From: Macrostomum lignano
Taxonomy: Eukaryota
Length of the DNA: 64,000 nucleotides
Direction: 5' to 3'
Assembly: GCA_002269645.1 (NCBI GenBank)
Contig: NIVC01000001.1
Coordinates: 1,426,001-1,490,000, forward strand
The notes under the pieces were generated by a model. That model saw only the letters and a list, made by a program, of their open reading frames with translations, ran no database searches and was not told the DNA's origin. Position 1 is the stretch's first letter. Each line of letters begins with the position of its first letter. A program made the translations under genes and the position numbers. Positions 10,267 to 22,692 of the stretch are shown one piece after another.

Positions 10267-13200
10267 TTTTCTCGCAGAACCGTCCTCCCCGATTCGGTCT
10301 GCATTTGCAAGCGCTGGAGGCGCTGTCGCAAGTTCCGCCAAACCTGCAGTTAGAAGGGTTACATACAGGAGCGGCGGTTGTGTCAGGAGCTGCTGTTGAT
10401 CCAGGAGCTGCTGTTGATCCAGGAGCTGCTGTTGATCCAGGAGCGGCGGTTGAGTCAGGAGCTGCTATTGATCCAGGAGCGGCGGTTGTGTCAGGAGCTG
10501 CTATTGATCCAGGAGCTGCTGTTGATCCAGGAGCTGCTGTTGATCCAGGAGCTGCTGTTGATCCAGGAGCGGCGGTTGTGTCAGGAGCTGCTATTGATCC
10601 AGGAGCTACTGTTGATCCAGGAGCTGCTGTTGATCCAGGAGCGGCGGTTGTGTCAGGAGCTGCTATTGATCCAGGAGCTAATGTTGATCCAGGAGCTGCT
10701 GTTGATCCAGGAGCTGCTGTTGATCCAGGAGCTGCTGTTGATCCAGGAGCGGCGGTTGTGTCAGGAGCTGCTATTGATCCAGGAGTGGCGGTTGTGTCAG
10801 GAGCTGCTATTAATCCAGGAGCTAATGTTGATCCAGGAGCTGCTGTTGATCCAGGAGCTGCTGTTGATCCAGGAGCGGCGGTTGTGTCAGGAGCTGCTAT
10901 TGATCCAGGAGCTGCTGTTGATCCAGGAGCTGCTGTTGATCCAGGAGCGGCGGTTGAGTCAGGAGCTGCTATTGATCCAGGAGCGGCGGTTGTGTCAGGA
11001 GCTGCTATTGATCCAGGAGCTACTGTTGATCCAGGAGCTGCTGTTGATCCAGGAGCTGCTGTTGATCCAGGAGCGGCGGTTGTGTCAGGAGCTGCTATTG
11101 ATCCAGGAGCTACTGTTGATCCAGGAGCTGCTGTTGATCCAGGAGCTGCTGTTGATCCAGGAGCGGCGGTTGTGTCAGGAGCTGCTATTGATCCAGGAGC
11201 TACTGTTGATCCAGGAGCTGCTGTTGATCCAGGAGCGGCGGTTGTGTCAGGAGCTGCTATTGATCCAGGAGCTGCTGTTGATCCAGGAGCTGCTGTTGAT
11301 CCAGGAGCGGCGGTTGAGTCAGGAGCTGCTATTGATCCAGGAGCGGCGGTTGTGTCAGGAGCTGCTATTGATCCAGGAGCTACTGTTGATCCAGGAGCTG
11401 CTGTTGATCCAGGAGCTGCTGTTGATCCAGGAGCGGCGGTTGTGTCAGGAGCTGCTATTGATCCAGGAGCTACTGTTGATCCAGGAGCTGCTGTTGATCC
11501 AGGAGCTGCTGTTGATCCAGGAGCGGCGGTTGTGTCAGGAGCTGCTATTGATCCAGGAGCTACTGTTGATCCAGGAGCTGCTGTTGATCCAGGAGCGGCG
11601 GTTGTGTCAGGAGCTGCTATTGATCCAGGAGCTAATGTTGATCCAGGAGCTGCTGTTGATCCAGGAGCTGCTGTTGATCCAGGAGCTGCTGTTGATCCAG
11701 GAGCGGCGGTTGTGTCAGGAGCTGCTATTGATCCAGGAGCAGCGGTTGATCCAAGAGCAGCGGTTGAGTCAGGAGCGGCGGTTGTGTCAGGAGCTGCTAT
11801 TGATCCAGGAGCGGCGGTTGTGTCAGGAGCTGCTGTTGATCCAGGAGCTGCTGTTGATCCAGGAGCTGCTGTTGATCCAGGAGCGGCGGTTGAGTCAGGA
11901 GCTGCTATTAATCCAGGAGCTAATGTTGATCCAGGAGCTGCTGTTGATCCAGGAGCTGCTGTTGATCCAGGAGCGGCGGTTGTGTCAGGAGCTGCTATTG
12001 ATCCAGGAGCGGCGGTTGTGTCAGGAGCTGCTATTGATCCAGGAGCTGCTGTTGATCCAGGAGCTGCTGTTGATCCAGGAGCGGCGGTTGAGTCAGGAGC
12101 TGCTATTGATCCAGGAGCGGCGGTTGTGTCAGGAGCTGCTATTGATCCAGGAGCTACTGTTGATCCAGGAGCTGCTGTTGATCCAGGAGCTGCTGTTGAT
12201 CCAGGAGCGGCGGTTGTGTCAGGAGCTGCTATTGATCCAGGAGCTACTGTTGATCCAGGAGCTGCTGTTGATCCAGGAGCGGCGGTTGTGTCAGGAGCTG
12301 CTATTGATCCAGGAGCTGCTGTTGATCCAGGAGCTGCTGTTGATCCAGGAGCGGCGGTTGAGTCAGGAGCTGCTATTGATCCAGGAGCGGCGGTTGTGTC
12401 AGGAGCTGCTATTGATCCAGGAGCTACTGTTGATCCAGGAGCTGCTGTTGATCCAGGAGCTGCTGTTGATCCAGGAGCGGCGGTTGTGTCAGGAGCTGCT
12501 ATTGATCCAGGAGCTGCTGTTGATCCAGGAGCTGCTGTTGATCCAGGAGCTACTGTTGATCCAGGAGCTGCTGTTGATCCAGGAGCTGCTGTTGATCCAG
12601 GAGCGGCGGTTGTGTCAGGAGCTGCTATTGATCCAGGAGCTACTGTTGATCCAGGAGCTGCTGTTGATCCAGGAGCGGCGGTTGTGTCAGGAGCTGCTAT
12701 TGATCCAGGAGCTAATGTTGATCCAGGAGCTGCTGTTGATCCAGGAGCTGCTGTTGATCCAGGAGCTGCTGTTGATCCAGGAGCGGCGGTTGTGTCAGGA
12801 GCTGCTATTGATCCAGGAGCTGCTGTTGATCCAGGAGCAGCGGTTGTGTCAGGAGCTGCTATTGATCCAGGAGTGGCGGTTGTGTCAGGAGCTGCTATTA
12901 ATCCAGGAGCTAATGTTGATCCAGGAGCTGCTGTTGATCCAGGAGCTGCTGTTGATCCAGGAGCGGCGGTTGTGTCAGGAGCTGCTATTGATCCAGGAGC
13001 GGCGGTTGTGTCAGGAGCTGCTGTTGATCCAGGAGCTGCTATTGATCCAGGAGCGGCGGTTGAGTCAGGAGCTGCTATTGATCCAGGAGCGGCGGTTGTG
13101 TCAGGAGCTGCTATTGATCCAGGAGCTACTGTTGATCCAGGAGCTGCTGTTGATCCAGGAGCGGCGGTTGTGTCAGGAGCTGCTATTGATCCAGGAGCTA

Positions 13201-15220
13201 CTGTTGATCCAGGAGCTGCTGTTGATCCAGGAGCAGCGGTTGATCCAGGAGCTGCTGTTGATCCAGGAGCTAATGTTGATCCAGGAGCTGCTGTTGATCC
13301 AGGAGCTGCTGTTGATCCAGGAGCTGCTGTTGATCCAGGAGCGGCGGTTGTGTCAGGAGCTGCTATTGATCCAGGAGCAGCGGTTGATCCAAGAGCAGCG
13401 GTTGAGTCAGGAGCGGCGGTTGTGTCAGGAGCTGCTATTGATCCAGGAGCGGCGGTTGTGTCAGGAGCTGCTGTTGATCCAGGAGCTGCTGTTGATCCAG
13501 GAGCTGCTGTTGATCCAGGAGCGGCGGTTGAGTCAGGAGCTGCTATTAATCCAGGAGCTAATGTTGATCCAGGAGCTGCTGTTGATCCAGGAGCTGCTGT
13601 TGATCCAGGAGCGGCGGTTGTGTCAGGAGCTGCTATTGATCCAGGAGCGGCGGTTGTGTCAGGAGCTGCTATTGATCCAGGAGCTGCTGTTGATCCAGGA
13701 GCTGCTGTTGATCCAGGAGCGGCGGTTGAGTCAGGAGCTGCTATTGATCCAGGAGCGGCGGTTGTGTCAGGAGCTGCTATTGATCCAGGAGCTACTGTTG
13801 ATCCAGGAGCTGCTGTTGATCCAGGAGCTGCTGTTGATCCAGGAGCGGCGGTTGTGTCAGGAGCTGCTATTGATCCAGGAGCTACTGTTGATCCAGGAGC
13901 TGCTGTTGATCCAGGAGCGGCGGTTGTGTCAGGAGCTGCTATTGATCCAGGAGCTGCTGTTGATCCAGGAGCTGCTGTTGATCCAGGAGCGGCGGTTGAG
14001 TCAGGAGCTGCTATTGATCCAGTAGCGGCGGTTGTGTCAGGAGCTGCTATTGATCCAGGAGCTACTGTTGATCCAGGAGCTGCTGTTGATCCAGGAGCTG
14101 CTGTTGATCCAGGAGCGGCGGTTGTGTCAGGAGCTGCTATTAATCCAGGAGCTGCTGTTGATCCAGGAGCTGCTGTTGATCCAGGAGCTACTGTTGATCC
14201 AGGAGCTGCTGTTGATCCAGGAGCTGCTGTTGATCCAGGAGCGGCGGTTGTGTCAGGAGCTGCTATTGATCCAGGAGCTACTGTTGATCCAGGAGCTGCT
14301 GTTGATCCAGGAGCGGCGGTTGTGTCAGGAGCTGCTATTGATCCAGGAGCTAATGTTGATCCAGGAGCTGCTGTTGATCCAGGAGCTGCTGTTGATCCAG
14401 GAGCTGCTGTTGATCCAGGAGCGGCGGTTGTGTCAGGAGCTGCTATTGATCCAGGAGCTGCTGTTGATCCAGGAGCAGCGGTTGTGTCAGGAGCTGCTAT
14501 TGATCCAGGAGTGGCGGTTGTGTCAGGAGCTGCTATTAATCCAGGAGCTAATGTTGATCCAGGAGCTACTGTTGATCCAGGAGCTGCTGTTGATCCAGGA
14601 GCGGCGGTTGTGTCAGGAGCTGCTATTGATCCAGGAGCGGCGGTTGTGTCAGGAGCTGCTGTTGATCCAGGAGCTGCTGTTGATCCAGGAGCGGCGGTTG
14701 AGTCAGGAGCTGCTATTGATCCAGGAGCGGCGGTTGTGTCAGGAGCTGCTATTGATCCAGGAGCTACTGTTGATCCAGGAGCTGCTGTTGATCCAGGAGC
14801 GGCGGTTGTGTCAGGAGCTGCTATTGATCCAGGAGCTACTGTTGATCCAGGAGCTGCTGTTGATCCAGGAGCAGCGGTTGATCCAAGAGCAGCGGTTGAG
14901 TCAGGAGCAGCGGTTGAGTCAGGAGCAGCGGTTGAGTCAGGAGCAGCGGTTGAGTCAGGAGCAGCGGTTGATCCAGGAGCTAATGTTGATCCAGGAGCTG
15001 CTGTTGATCCAGGAGCGGCTGTTGATCCAGGAGCTGCTGTTGAGTCGTTCACATCCCGGATCGTCAGGCTGATGGTGGCCGTGCCGGTACCGCCGCGGCC
15101 GTCCAGCGCCAGTATGGAGTAGGCGTGCACAGCATCTTTCGAATTGGCCGGGTTCCAGATCTCCCGGTCCAGGGGATTCCAAATTAACACCCTAGCTGAA
15201 CTGCCGGACAGCTTCACAAT
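10267..15220 (-). CDS. Gene B exon 15 (4,954 nt): end of cadherin repeat fused to PTS mucin array and EGF
   Basis: IVKLSG...TIRDVND, then STAAPG repeats, then CNPSNCRFGGTC...CKCRPNRGGRFC. Acceptor CTCAG, donor A|GTAAGA. Confidence 0.9.
10367..15043 (-). repeat. Coding 18 bp tandem array, 260 hexapeptides (G/D)(S/T/L)(T/I)(A/V/L)AP
   Basis: 4,677 nt = 1,559 codons. Variant units recur at a 1,638 bp period. Confidence 0.95.
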
Positions 15221-15254
15221 CTGAGATGGAGAAATGATAGGGAGATGAGAAGAC

Positions 15255-16225
<971 letters not shown>

Positions 16226-16477
16226 TGAATGACAAACAAGCAAACAGGCCATGATACAAATTCGAAATTCGAACCCGGGAGCTGTGACTCAATGGCTGGC
16301 TGCTCCCACCAGCTCTTTCTCTCAAGTTAGTTACTAAATCAAACACCTGGACTCTGTGCCCATAACAAGCAGAATAGCATGTATATGGGCCGATTACATT
16401 TATACACAAAGTTTCGAACCCATGAGGCCAGGACCTCTGTCACCCTATCAACAACTTGGGAGACTGAATCCGCGCAC

Positions 16478-16705
16478 CTTGAGGTTATTGTAGGGATCGC
16501 TCGCCGGGTCCACATAGATTGTGAAGTTTCTGTCCACCGGATCGGCATCCGTGACGCTCAAGGTGGTCACCAGCGTGTCGGCTGCGGCGTTCTCCAACAG
16601 GCTGGCAGAGACAGTGGCCGGATTTATCACCGGGTTGTTGTCATTGGCCTCCGTCACGAGGATAGTGAATGTCTTGGTGGCCGGCGCTGTTGTACCGTCA
16701 GTTAC
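16478..16705 (-). CDS. Gene B exon 14, cadherin repeat
   Basis: VTDGTTAP...VTEANDNNP...VTDADP...NNLK. Phase 0/0, 228 nt. Confidence 0.9.
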
Positions 16706-16744
16706 CTGAGCGCAGGGAGGGGAGCGGGGCTGACGGTTTGCAAT

Positions 16745-17095
16745 GTTGGCTGACTGGTTGCTATGGTGGCTGACTGGTTGCTATGGTGGCTAACTGGTTG
16801 CTATGGTGGCTGACTGGTTGCTATGGTGGCTGATGGGTTGCTATGGCGACTGATGGGTTGCTGTGGTGGCTGACTGGTTGCTATATTGGCTAATTGGTTG
16901 CCATGGTGACGAATTGGTTGCTATGATGACTGATTGGTTGCCATAGTAACTGACGGGTTTCGTTGCCATGGTGACTGATTAGTTGCCAGGTGACTGATGG
17001 GTTGCTATAGTATCTGATGTGCCATGGTGACTGATAGGTTGCCATGGTGACTGATGGGTTGCCATGGTGACTGATGTTTTGCCATGGTGACTAAT
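16745..17095. repeat. ~20 bp minisatellite GGTTGC(T/C)ATGGTG(G/A)CTGAYT, paralogous to 58730-59345
   Basis: Read directly. Several units contain GTTGCCATGGTGAC or GTTGCCATAGTAAC. Confidence 0.9.
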
Positions 17096-17138
17096 GGGTC
17101 CAGTAGCGCCAAGAAAAGCAAGCACTACTTTTCCTCAC

Positions 17139-17465
17139 CTGCACATTAACAGTGTGCGATTTGATCGCAGCGGGGGCGTCAAAGTCCAGCGGTTTGGCAA
17201 CAATCAGGGCGCAGCCGTCAATGTCGGGCACGTTGGCCACGCGGAAATAAGTGGAACTGCCGGCGGACAGCGAGCACTGCAGCCTGCCGGAGTCGGCCAC
17301 GTCCGCGTCCTGAGCGAGGGCCACCACGGCCGTGTCGTTGACGCCGACAGCCTCGGACACGGACAGAGTGGCCGGCTGACCGGACACAAACGAGGGCGAA
17401 GTGTCCGATGCGTCTTGAATATGAACTGTGACAGTGCCTGTGAGGTTCCTCAGGCCGTCCGACAC
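17139..17465 (-). CDS. Gene B exon 13, cadherin repeat
   Basis: VSDGLRN...IQDASDTSP...AQDAD...PLDFD. 327 nt, phase 0/0. Confidence 0.9.
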
Positions 17466-17741
17466 CTGAGAAAATGTTGGGGCGGAGCGAATTAAACACT
17501 ATATGTAAAGATTAGTGCCATATTAAAATAATGTTCAAACGCATAGAGTCTACTTTAAGTAGTTTCTATCTAGAGCCTTACCTCGGCATGAATTACCTTT
17601 AGACGGAAAGACAAAAACAATGGCAAAAGTTTTTTATTCTACTGCTAGTAGTTTAGAATGATTTTAAATTATCAAATATTTTTCGTCTACTATTAGTAGT
17701 TTATAATTGACAGACAGAATAAAGAAAAACTGAAAACTTAC

Positions 17742-18057
17742 CAACACGCGGAACTGAAACCGCCGGTTGGGCGCCTTCGGCGGCGGGTTCTCATAGTCGA
17801 ACACCATCCTCGGTCTCAGTTCGCCGTTCGACGTCAGACTGACGTACTCCGGCGCCTCCTGGCTGCCTGCGGCGGCCGGCAGCAGGCTGTAGGTCAGCGA
17901 GTTCAAGTCCGGATCGTAGGCTCTGACAGTGGCGAACACGTCAGCTAGGGGGGTGTTCTCGGTCACGTTGAGGTTCAACGATGAAGTCAGGAAGATTGGC
18001 ACTTTGTCGTTGGCGTCAATCGGGAGCACCTCGACTATGAGGTAGCCGCGGAGGCTT
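17742..18057 (-). CDS. Gene B exon 12, cadherin repeat
   Basis: PIDANDKVP...AYDPD...FDYE. 316 nt, phase 2/0. Confidence 0.9.
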
Positions 18058-18174
18058 CTGCATAGTTTGAGGATTTTTATCCCAAGAATTATTATACTTA
18101 GTACTAGGTATTTTAAAGGCCTAGAAAATAACAATAAGTACACCTAATAGCTCGTACGAAGTACAGTAGACCCC

Positions 18175-18469
18175 AGAACCCCAGCCAATCAGAGCCGGTC
18201 TCTCGCCTATCCGTAGCACCTAAGCCAATCAGAGCAGGGTTCACATGTATCCGTAGCACTCCAGCCAATCGGCGCCGATCTCTCACCTGTCAAACCCCAG
18301 CCAATCAGCGCCGGTCTCTCACCTGTCAAACCCCAACCAATCAGCGTCGGTCTCTCACCTGTCACAAGCCAATCAGAGCAGAGCTCTTACCTATCTGTCA
18401 CACTTCAGCCAATCAGAGCAGGCTCTCACCTATCTGTCACACCCCAGCCAATCAGAGCAGGGCTCTCAC
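18175..18469. repeat. ~40 bp minisatellite CCCCAGCCAATCAGAGCAGGGCTCTCACCTATC, paralogous to 60410-60915
   Basis: The unit includes the adjacent exon-end/donor sequence and a CCAAT box. Confidence 0.9.
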
Positions 18470-18969
18470 CTATCTGTCGCAATCGCATTGAATCGAAAGC
18501 GATCCTGGCCGGGCAAGAAATTAATCCTATTCACAGATCCCGAGAAGCTGAGCATCCCAGTAGAGGGATTGATCTCAAACCGAGGCGTGCTGCCAGGTAG
18601 GGCGAAGTAGCCGGCAGAGGAGAATAAGACAGAGCTACTAAAGTCGGTCTTGCTAGGCTGCACTAACTGCATCTGGCCCGGCGAGGCGTTCTCGCTGACA
18701 TTGGCGATGGTCAGCAGGTGCGAGCCGCCGAAAATCGGCCGAAAATCGACAACAATAGACAGGCTGACCGTGACGGTGGCCGTGGTGCGGAAAATGCCGT
18801 CGAATGCCACGTAGGCCAGGCTGTAGCTGTTGGGCACCTCGTCGTAGTCCAACGGCCTGGCTACGTAGATTTCTCCGGTGGCAAATTTAACGCCAAATGT
18901 GTTGCCGGGGTTGCCGCCCACGATCTGGTACTGGATGATGGGGTTCAGGTCCGCGTCCGAGGCCGTCAC
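18470..18969 (-). CDS. Gene B exon 11, cadherin repeats
   Basis: VTASDAD...PLDYD...VDFRP...ATDR. 500 nt, phase 0/2. Confidence 0.9.
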
Positions 18970-19007
18970 CTGCGGCGCGGTTTGAGTTGGGATATGATTG
19001 CAACCAA

Positions 19008-19572
19008 GCGATCTGAGATAGCGAACAAGGGATTTGAAACTGCAACCAATGGGATTTGAGATTGCAACCAATGGGATTTGAAACTGCAACCAATGGGATT
19101 TGAAACTGCAACCAATGGGATTTGAGATTGCAACCAATGGGATTTGAGATTGCAACCAAAAGGATTTGAGACTGCAACCAATGGGATTTGAAATTGCAAC
19201 CAAATCGATTTGAGATTGCAACCAAAAGGATCTGAGACTGCAACCAATGGGATTTGAAATTTCAACCAATGGGATTTGAGATTGCAACCAAATGGATTTG
19301 AGATTGCAACCAAATGGATTTGAGATTGCAACCAAAAGGATCTGAGACTGCAACCAATGGGATTTGAAATTTCAACCAATGGGATTTGAGATTGCAACCA
19401 AATGGATTTGAGATTGCAACCAAATGGATTTGAGATTGCAACCAATGGGATTTGAGATTGCAACCAAATGGATTTGAGATTGCAACCAATGGGATTTAAG
19501 ACTGCAACCAATGGGATTTGAGATTGCAACCAATGGGATTTGAGATTGCAACCAAATGGATTTGAGATTGGT
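19008..19572. repeat. ~22 bp minisatellite GAGATTGCAACCAATGGGATTT, paralogous to 61620-62180
   Basis: Read directly. Confidence 0.9.
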
Positions 19573-19630
19573 AAGCGCTTTAAAATCTAAGAAGATAGTC
19601 GAGATTGCGACGAGCGGGCCGGCCACTCAC

Positions 19631-19960
19631 CTGAGTGATCACCCGACCCAACGGCGTGTCCTCAGGAATGCCGCTGACCGTGAACGAGCTGGCGTTGAAC
19701 ATTGGCGGATTGTCGTTGATGTCCGACAGGGAGATGCTGATGTTTAGCGTGGCCTTGTTGGGGTTCGGCCGGATGCCGGCCAGCACGGAGGGTGCCCGGT
19801 CGGTGGCCTCCACCGTGACGGCGTAGGGCAGGCTGCGGGCCTCCCGGTCGAACACCAGGCCGGACCGGGTGAACAGCTCGCCAGTGTTGGCATCGATCTC
19901 GATCTTGTCAGAGTCGCTTACAGGCGCCAACGAGTAGGTGATGGTCCGGTGACCCACAAT
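19631..19960 (-). CDS. Gene B exon 10, cadherin repeat
   Basis: IVGHRTITYSL...FDRE...SDINDNPP. Polypyrimidine CAG acceptor, 330 nt, phase 0/0. Confidence 0.85.
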
Positions 19961-20211
19961 CTGAGGGCGTAGAGGGAGAGGCCAGGTGTATTGTTGAACT
20001 GCATCTACACTTGATGGGATCAAGGAGGACAACTGACCATCTCAGATGTACGAGTGTAATAAAATGCAGGTCATTACCCTCATTGGAAAACGGGAATTTC
20101 TATGATTGACATTTTAATAGTTACGTAGCTTAACTAGTGGCACAAAGATGCCATTTTCCCTGTTGGCGAGGATACAGATGCTTCCTGGAAAGAGCCCCGA
20201 GTCTTCTCCTG

Positions 20212-20444
<233 letters not shown>

Positions 20445-20452
20445 GCTCTCAC

Positions 20453-20934
20453 CGTGTCGTAGTCGAGCGCGGCCACCCGACTGACGAGCTGCCTGGTGGA
20501 CGGTGTCTGGTTAAAAGTCTCTGGAAAGATGGCATTCTTAACGGAGTCGGTGGCGAAGAACAGCGGCGCCCTATTGTTCGTATCGCTGATGGTGATGTTC
20601 AGTCGCACGTCGGTGTAAATCTCGCCAATTTTGTCCAATTTAACGTTGGAAGCACAGCGCAAGTGCAGCAGAAGGTAGGGCGTGACGTCGTGCTCGTAGC
20701 CGCTGTCGGTGCCCACGAAGATGCCCTGGTTGCTCTGCGTGGTCACGTTGTAGTCGGCGAAGCGGAAGTTCTGCCCGCTTGAGGGATTGGTGATGGCCCG
20801 AGAGCCGAACACGAAACTCCAGCTGAACTTTGCCGACACGGCCGAGGAAGGCAGGCTGGCCGTCATGTTCAGCACGTTGGTTTCACTGTTGGCGTTCTCC
20901 ATGATTCCCAGCTGGTAGCCGGGCGGCGTTCGGA
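20453..20934 (-). CDS. Gene B exon 9, cadherin repeats
   Basis: IMEN...ISDTNNRAP...AALDYDT. 482 nt, phase 1/0. Confidence 0.9.
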
Positions 20935-21069
20935 CTGCGATTGTAGGGGTGGGGGTGGGAGAAAATACAAGGAAAACAAGAATTTAAAACTGACGGGATT
21001 TTGTATTTAAGTTAGAGAGGAAGGTAGCGAGGTTTAAATATAAAACCTGAGACAGAGTCGGGTGCTTAC

Positions 21070-21208
21070 CAAGAACAGGCGGCAGCAGGTCCTGGTTGTT
21101 GGTCAGGAACACGCGGACAACAACTCTGGGCCAAGCGACGCCGGGTGTTGTCAGGGCAACCGGATTGAAGGCTTCTACTATGAGCTCCACCAGTGTCGGG
21201 TTGTCGGC
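21070..21208 (-). CDS. Gene B exon 8, cadherin repeat end
   Basis: ADNPTLVELIVEAFNP...LTNNQDLLPPVL. 139 nt, phase 0/1. Confidence 0.8.
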
Positions 21209-21219
21209 CTGGAATGATC

Positions 21220-21410
21220 AAGGGGTAGACGGAGACTGGTCTAGAGCGTGTGTAAATTGGGGGTAGATGGGGACTGGTCTAGAGCGTGTGTACATTGGGG
21301 GTAGACGGGGACTGGTCCAGAGCATGAATACATTGGGGGTAGATGCGTACATTGGGGTCGGGGGTATACGGGCACTGTCTAGAGCGTGTGTAGATGTGTA
21401 CATTGGGGTG
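21220..21410. repeat. Degenerate intronic minisatellite (GGGGTAGA..GGACTGGTCTAGAGCGTGTGTACATT)
   Basis: About four imperfect copies. Confidence 0.7.
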
Positions 21411-21428
21411 GGAGAAAGCAAAACTCAC

Positions 21429-21715
21429 CGCAGGCGCTGTGGTAGTGAACTGATTTTGAACTGTGATGACACCCTCTTGAGTAGTCGCATCCTTATTAAT
21501 TTGAAAGAAGCTGGTCGTATTCACCAGCCGGTAATTCACCACGGCATTGTTGCCAGCGTCGGGGTCGTAGGCGAACACCCGGATGACCTCGGTGCCCGTG
21601 GGTACATTGTACATGATCACTCTGGTGTAGTCGATGCTGTCGAACGCGGGCGCGTTGTCATTGACGTCGGTCAGGACGATTTGAAATGTGCACAGCGAGC
21701 TGAGGCTTGGCGTGC
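21429..21715 (-). CDS. Gene B exon 7, cadherin repeat
   Basis: TPSLSS...LTDVNDNAP...AYDPDAGNNAVVNY. 287 nt, phase 1/0. Confidence 0.9.
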
Positions 21716-22028
21716 CTGCAAGGAAAGAAAACATTTTATGCGTGCCGTTGGATCAGATTGCTACTAATAGTAGAGTAGTGTGGCGGTCAAGCCACACGCG
21801 CGTACGCGCTCCAGCAGCCCCCCAACCCCGGCCGGGGAGGCCGGCGCTATGTGCACGGTCGCTGTGCGTTGATTGGCTGCCCAGGGTACACCGCTGGCCT
21901 ATTTAACTTTAGACATTTGTCTCGCGCGCCTCCACCCTGCTTTTCTAAATAAACTTTACGTGGCTCAACTCGCCACATTGGTGAGCCCGACTCTCAACCG
22001 CCTGTTTGAGAATAACTCCTAGCTAAGT

Positions 22029-22692
22029 ATGTCAACTGGGTCTGCGGTGGCCCTCAAGCTGCCCACGTTCTGGGCCAGCCAGCCTCGCGCCTGGTTCATC
22101 CAGGCAGAGGCGCAATTCGTCCTCCGCAACATCACGCAAGACGCTACCAAGTACTTTCACCTCGTAGCCGCGCTGGACCAGCAGTCAGCCGAGCGCCTGC
22201 TGGACGTGCTTGAGACACGGCCGGCTGAGAACAAGTAGGAGGCTCTCAAGGCCCGCCTCCTCGGCACATTCGGCCTGACGCAGTAACAGCGTGCCAGCCG
22301 GCTGCTCAACCTGGCCGGCCTCGGTGACCGCCGCCCGTCCGAGCTCATGGACGAGATGCTGGCCCTGCTCGGCAACCACCGGCCCTGCATGCTCTTTGAG
22401 GAGCTTTTCCGCCAGCAGATGCCGGCCGACATTCGCATGGCACGCGGATTTCGCTGACCCGCGCGCAGTTGCGCGACTCGCGGATGAACTCTGGGCGAGC
22501 CGGGCACAGCCCGTGGCCACCGCCACCCTGCCGCCAGAGCACCCGCCGGTAGTTGCTGCCAAGCCGAAGCAGCACCAGCCGAGGGAGGCCGACGGCCTCA
22601 TCTGTTTCTTCCACCGGAAGTTCGGCGCCAAGGCCCGGCGTTGCGAGCCGCCCTGCCAGTTCTCGGGAAACGGGCCGGCCGGCCGTCAGTGA
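22029..22692 (+). pseudogene. gypsy gag with two premature stops and a frameshift
   Basis: LKLPTFWASQPRAWFIQAEAQF; [18 protein letters not shown]. Stops at about 22236 and 22285. Confidence 0.85.

Noticed and set aside
790-15043. Helitron capture as the mechanism of the insertion
   Set aside because: The insert begins with TC but has no 3' hairpin-CTRR end and is not in an AT target.
10305-15122. 1,605 aa plus-strand DPGAAV ORF and the QELLLI ORFs
   Set aside because: Antisense shadows of a stop-free 18 bp repeat. Only the minus frame connects to cadherin and EGF sequence with splice sites.
16255-16320. tRNA or tRNA-derived SINE (B-box-like GGTTCGAAT on minus); also an A-box-like motif near 43916
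   Set aside because: No matching second box at proper spacing and no cloverleaf.
18887-19626. QSQIPLVAISNP-type ORFs, and the SVCL/TDRQ ORFs elsewhere
   Set aside because: Translations of intronic mini- and microsatellites.
19961-20032. Apparent 4 nt frameshift in gene B relative to gene A (FNNTPG segment)
   Set aside because: It lies in the intron. The polypyrimidine CAG acceptor at 19961 (62632 in A) gives an in-frame 330 nt exon with canonical cadherin spacing.
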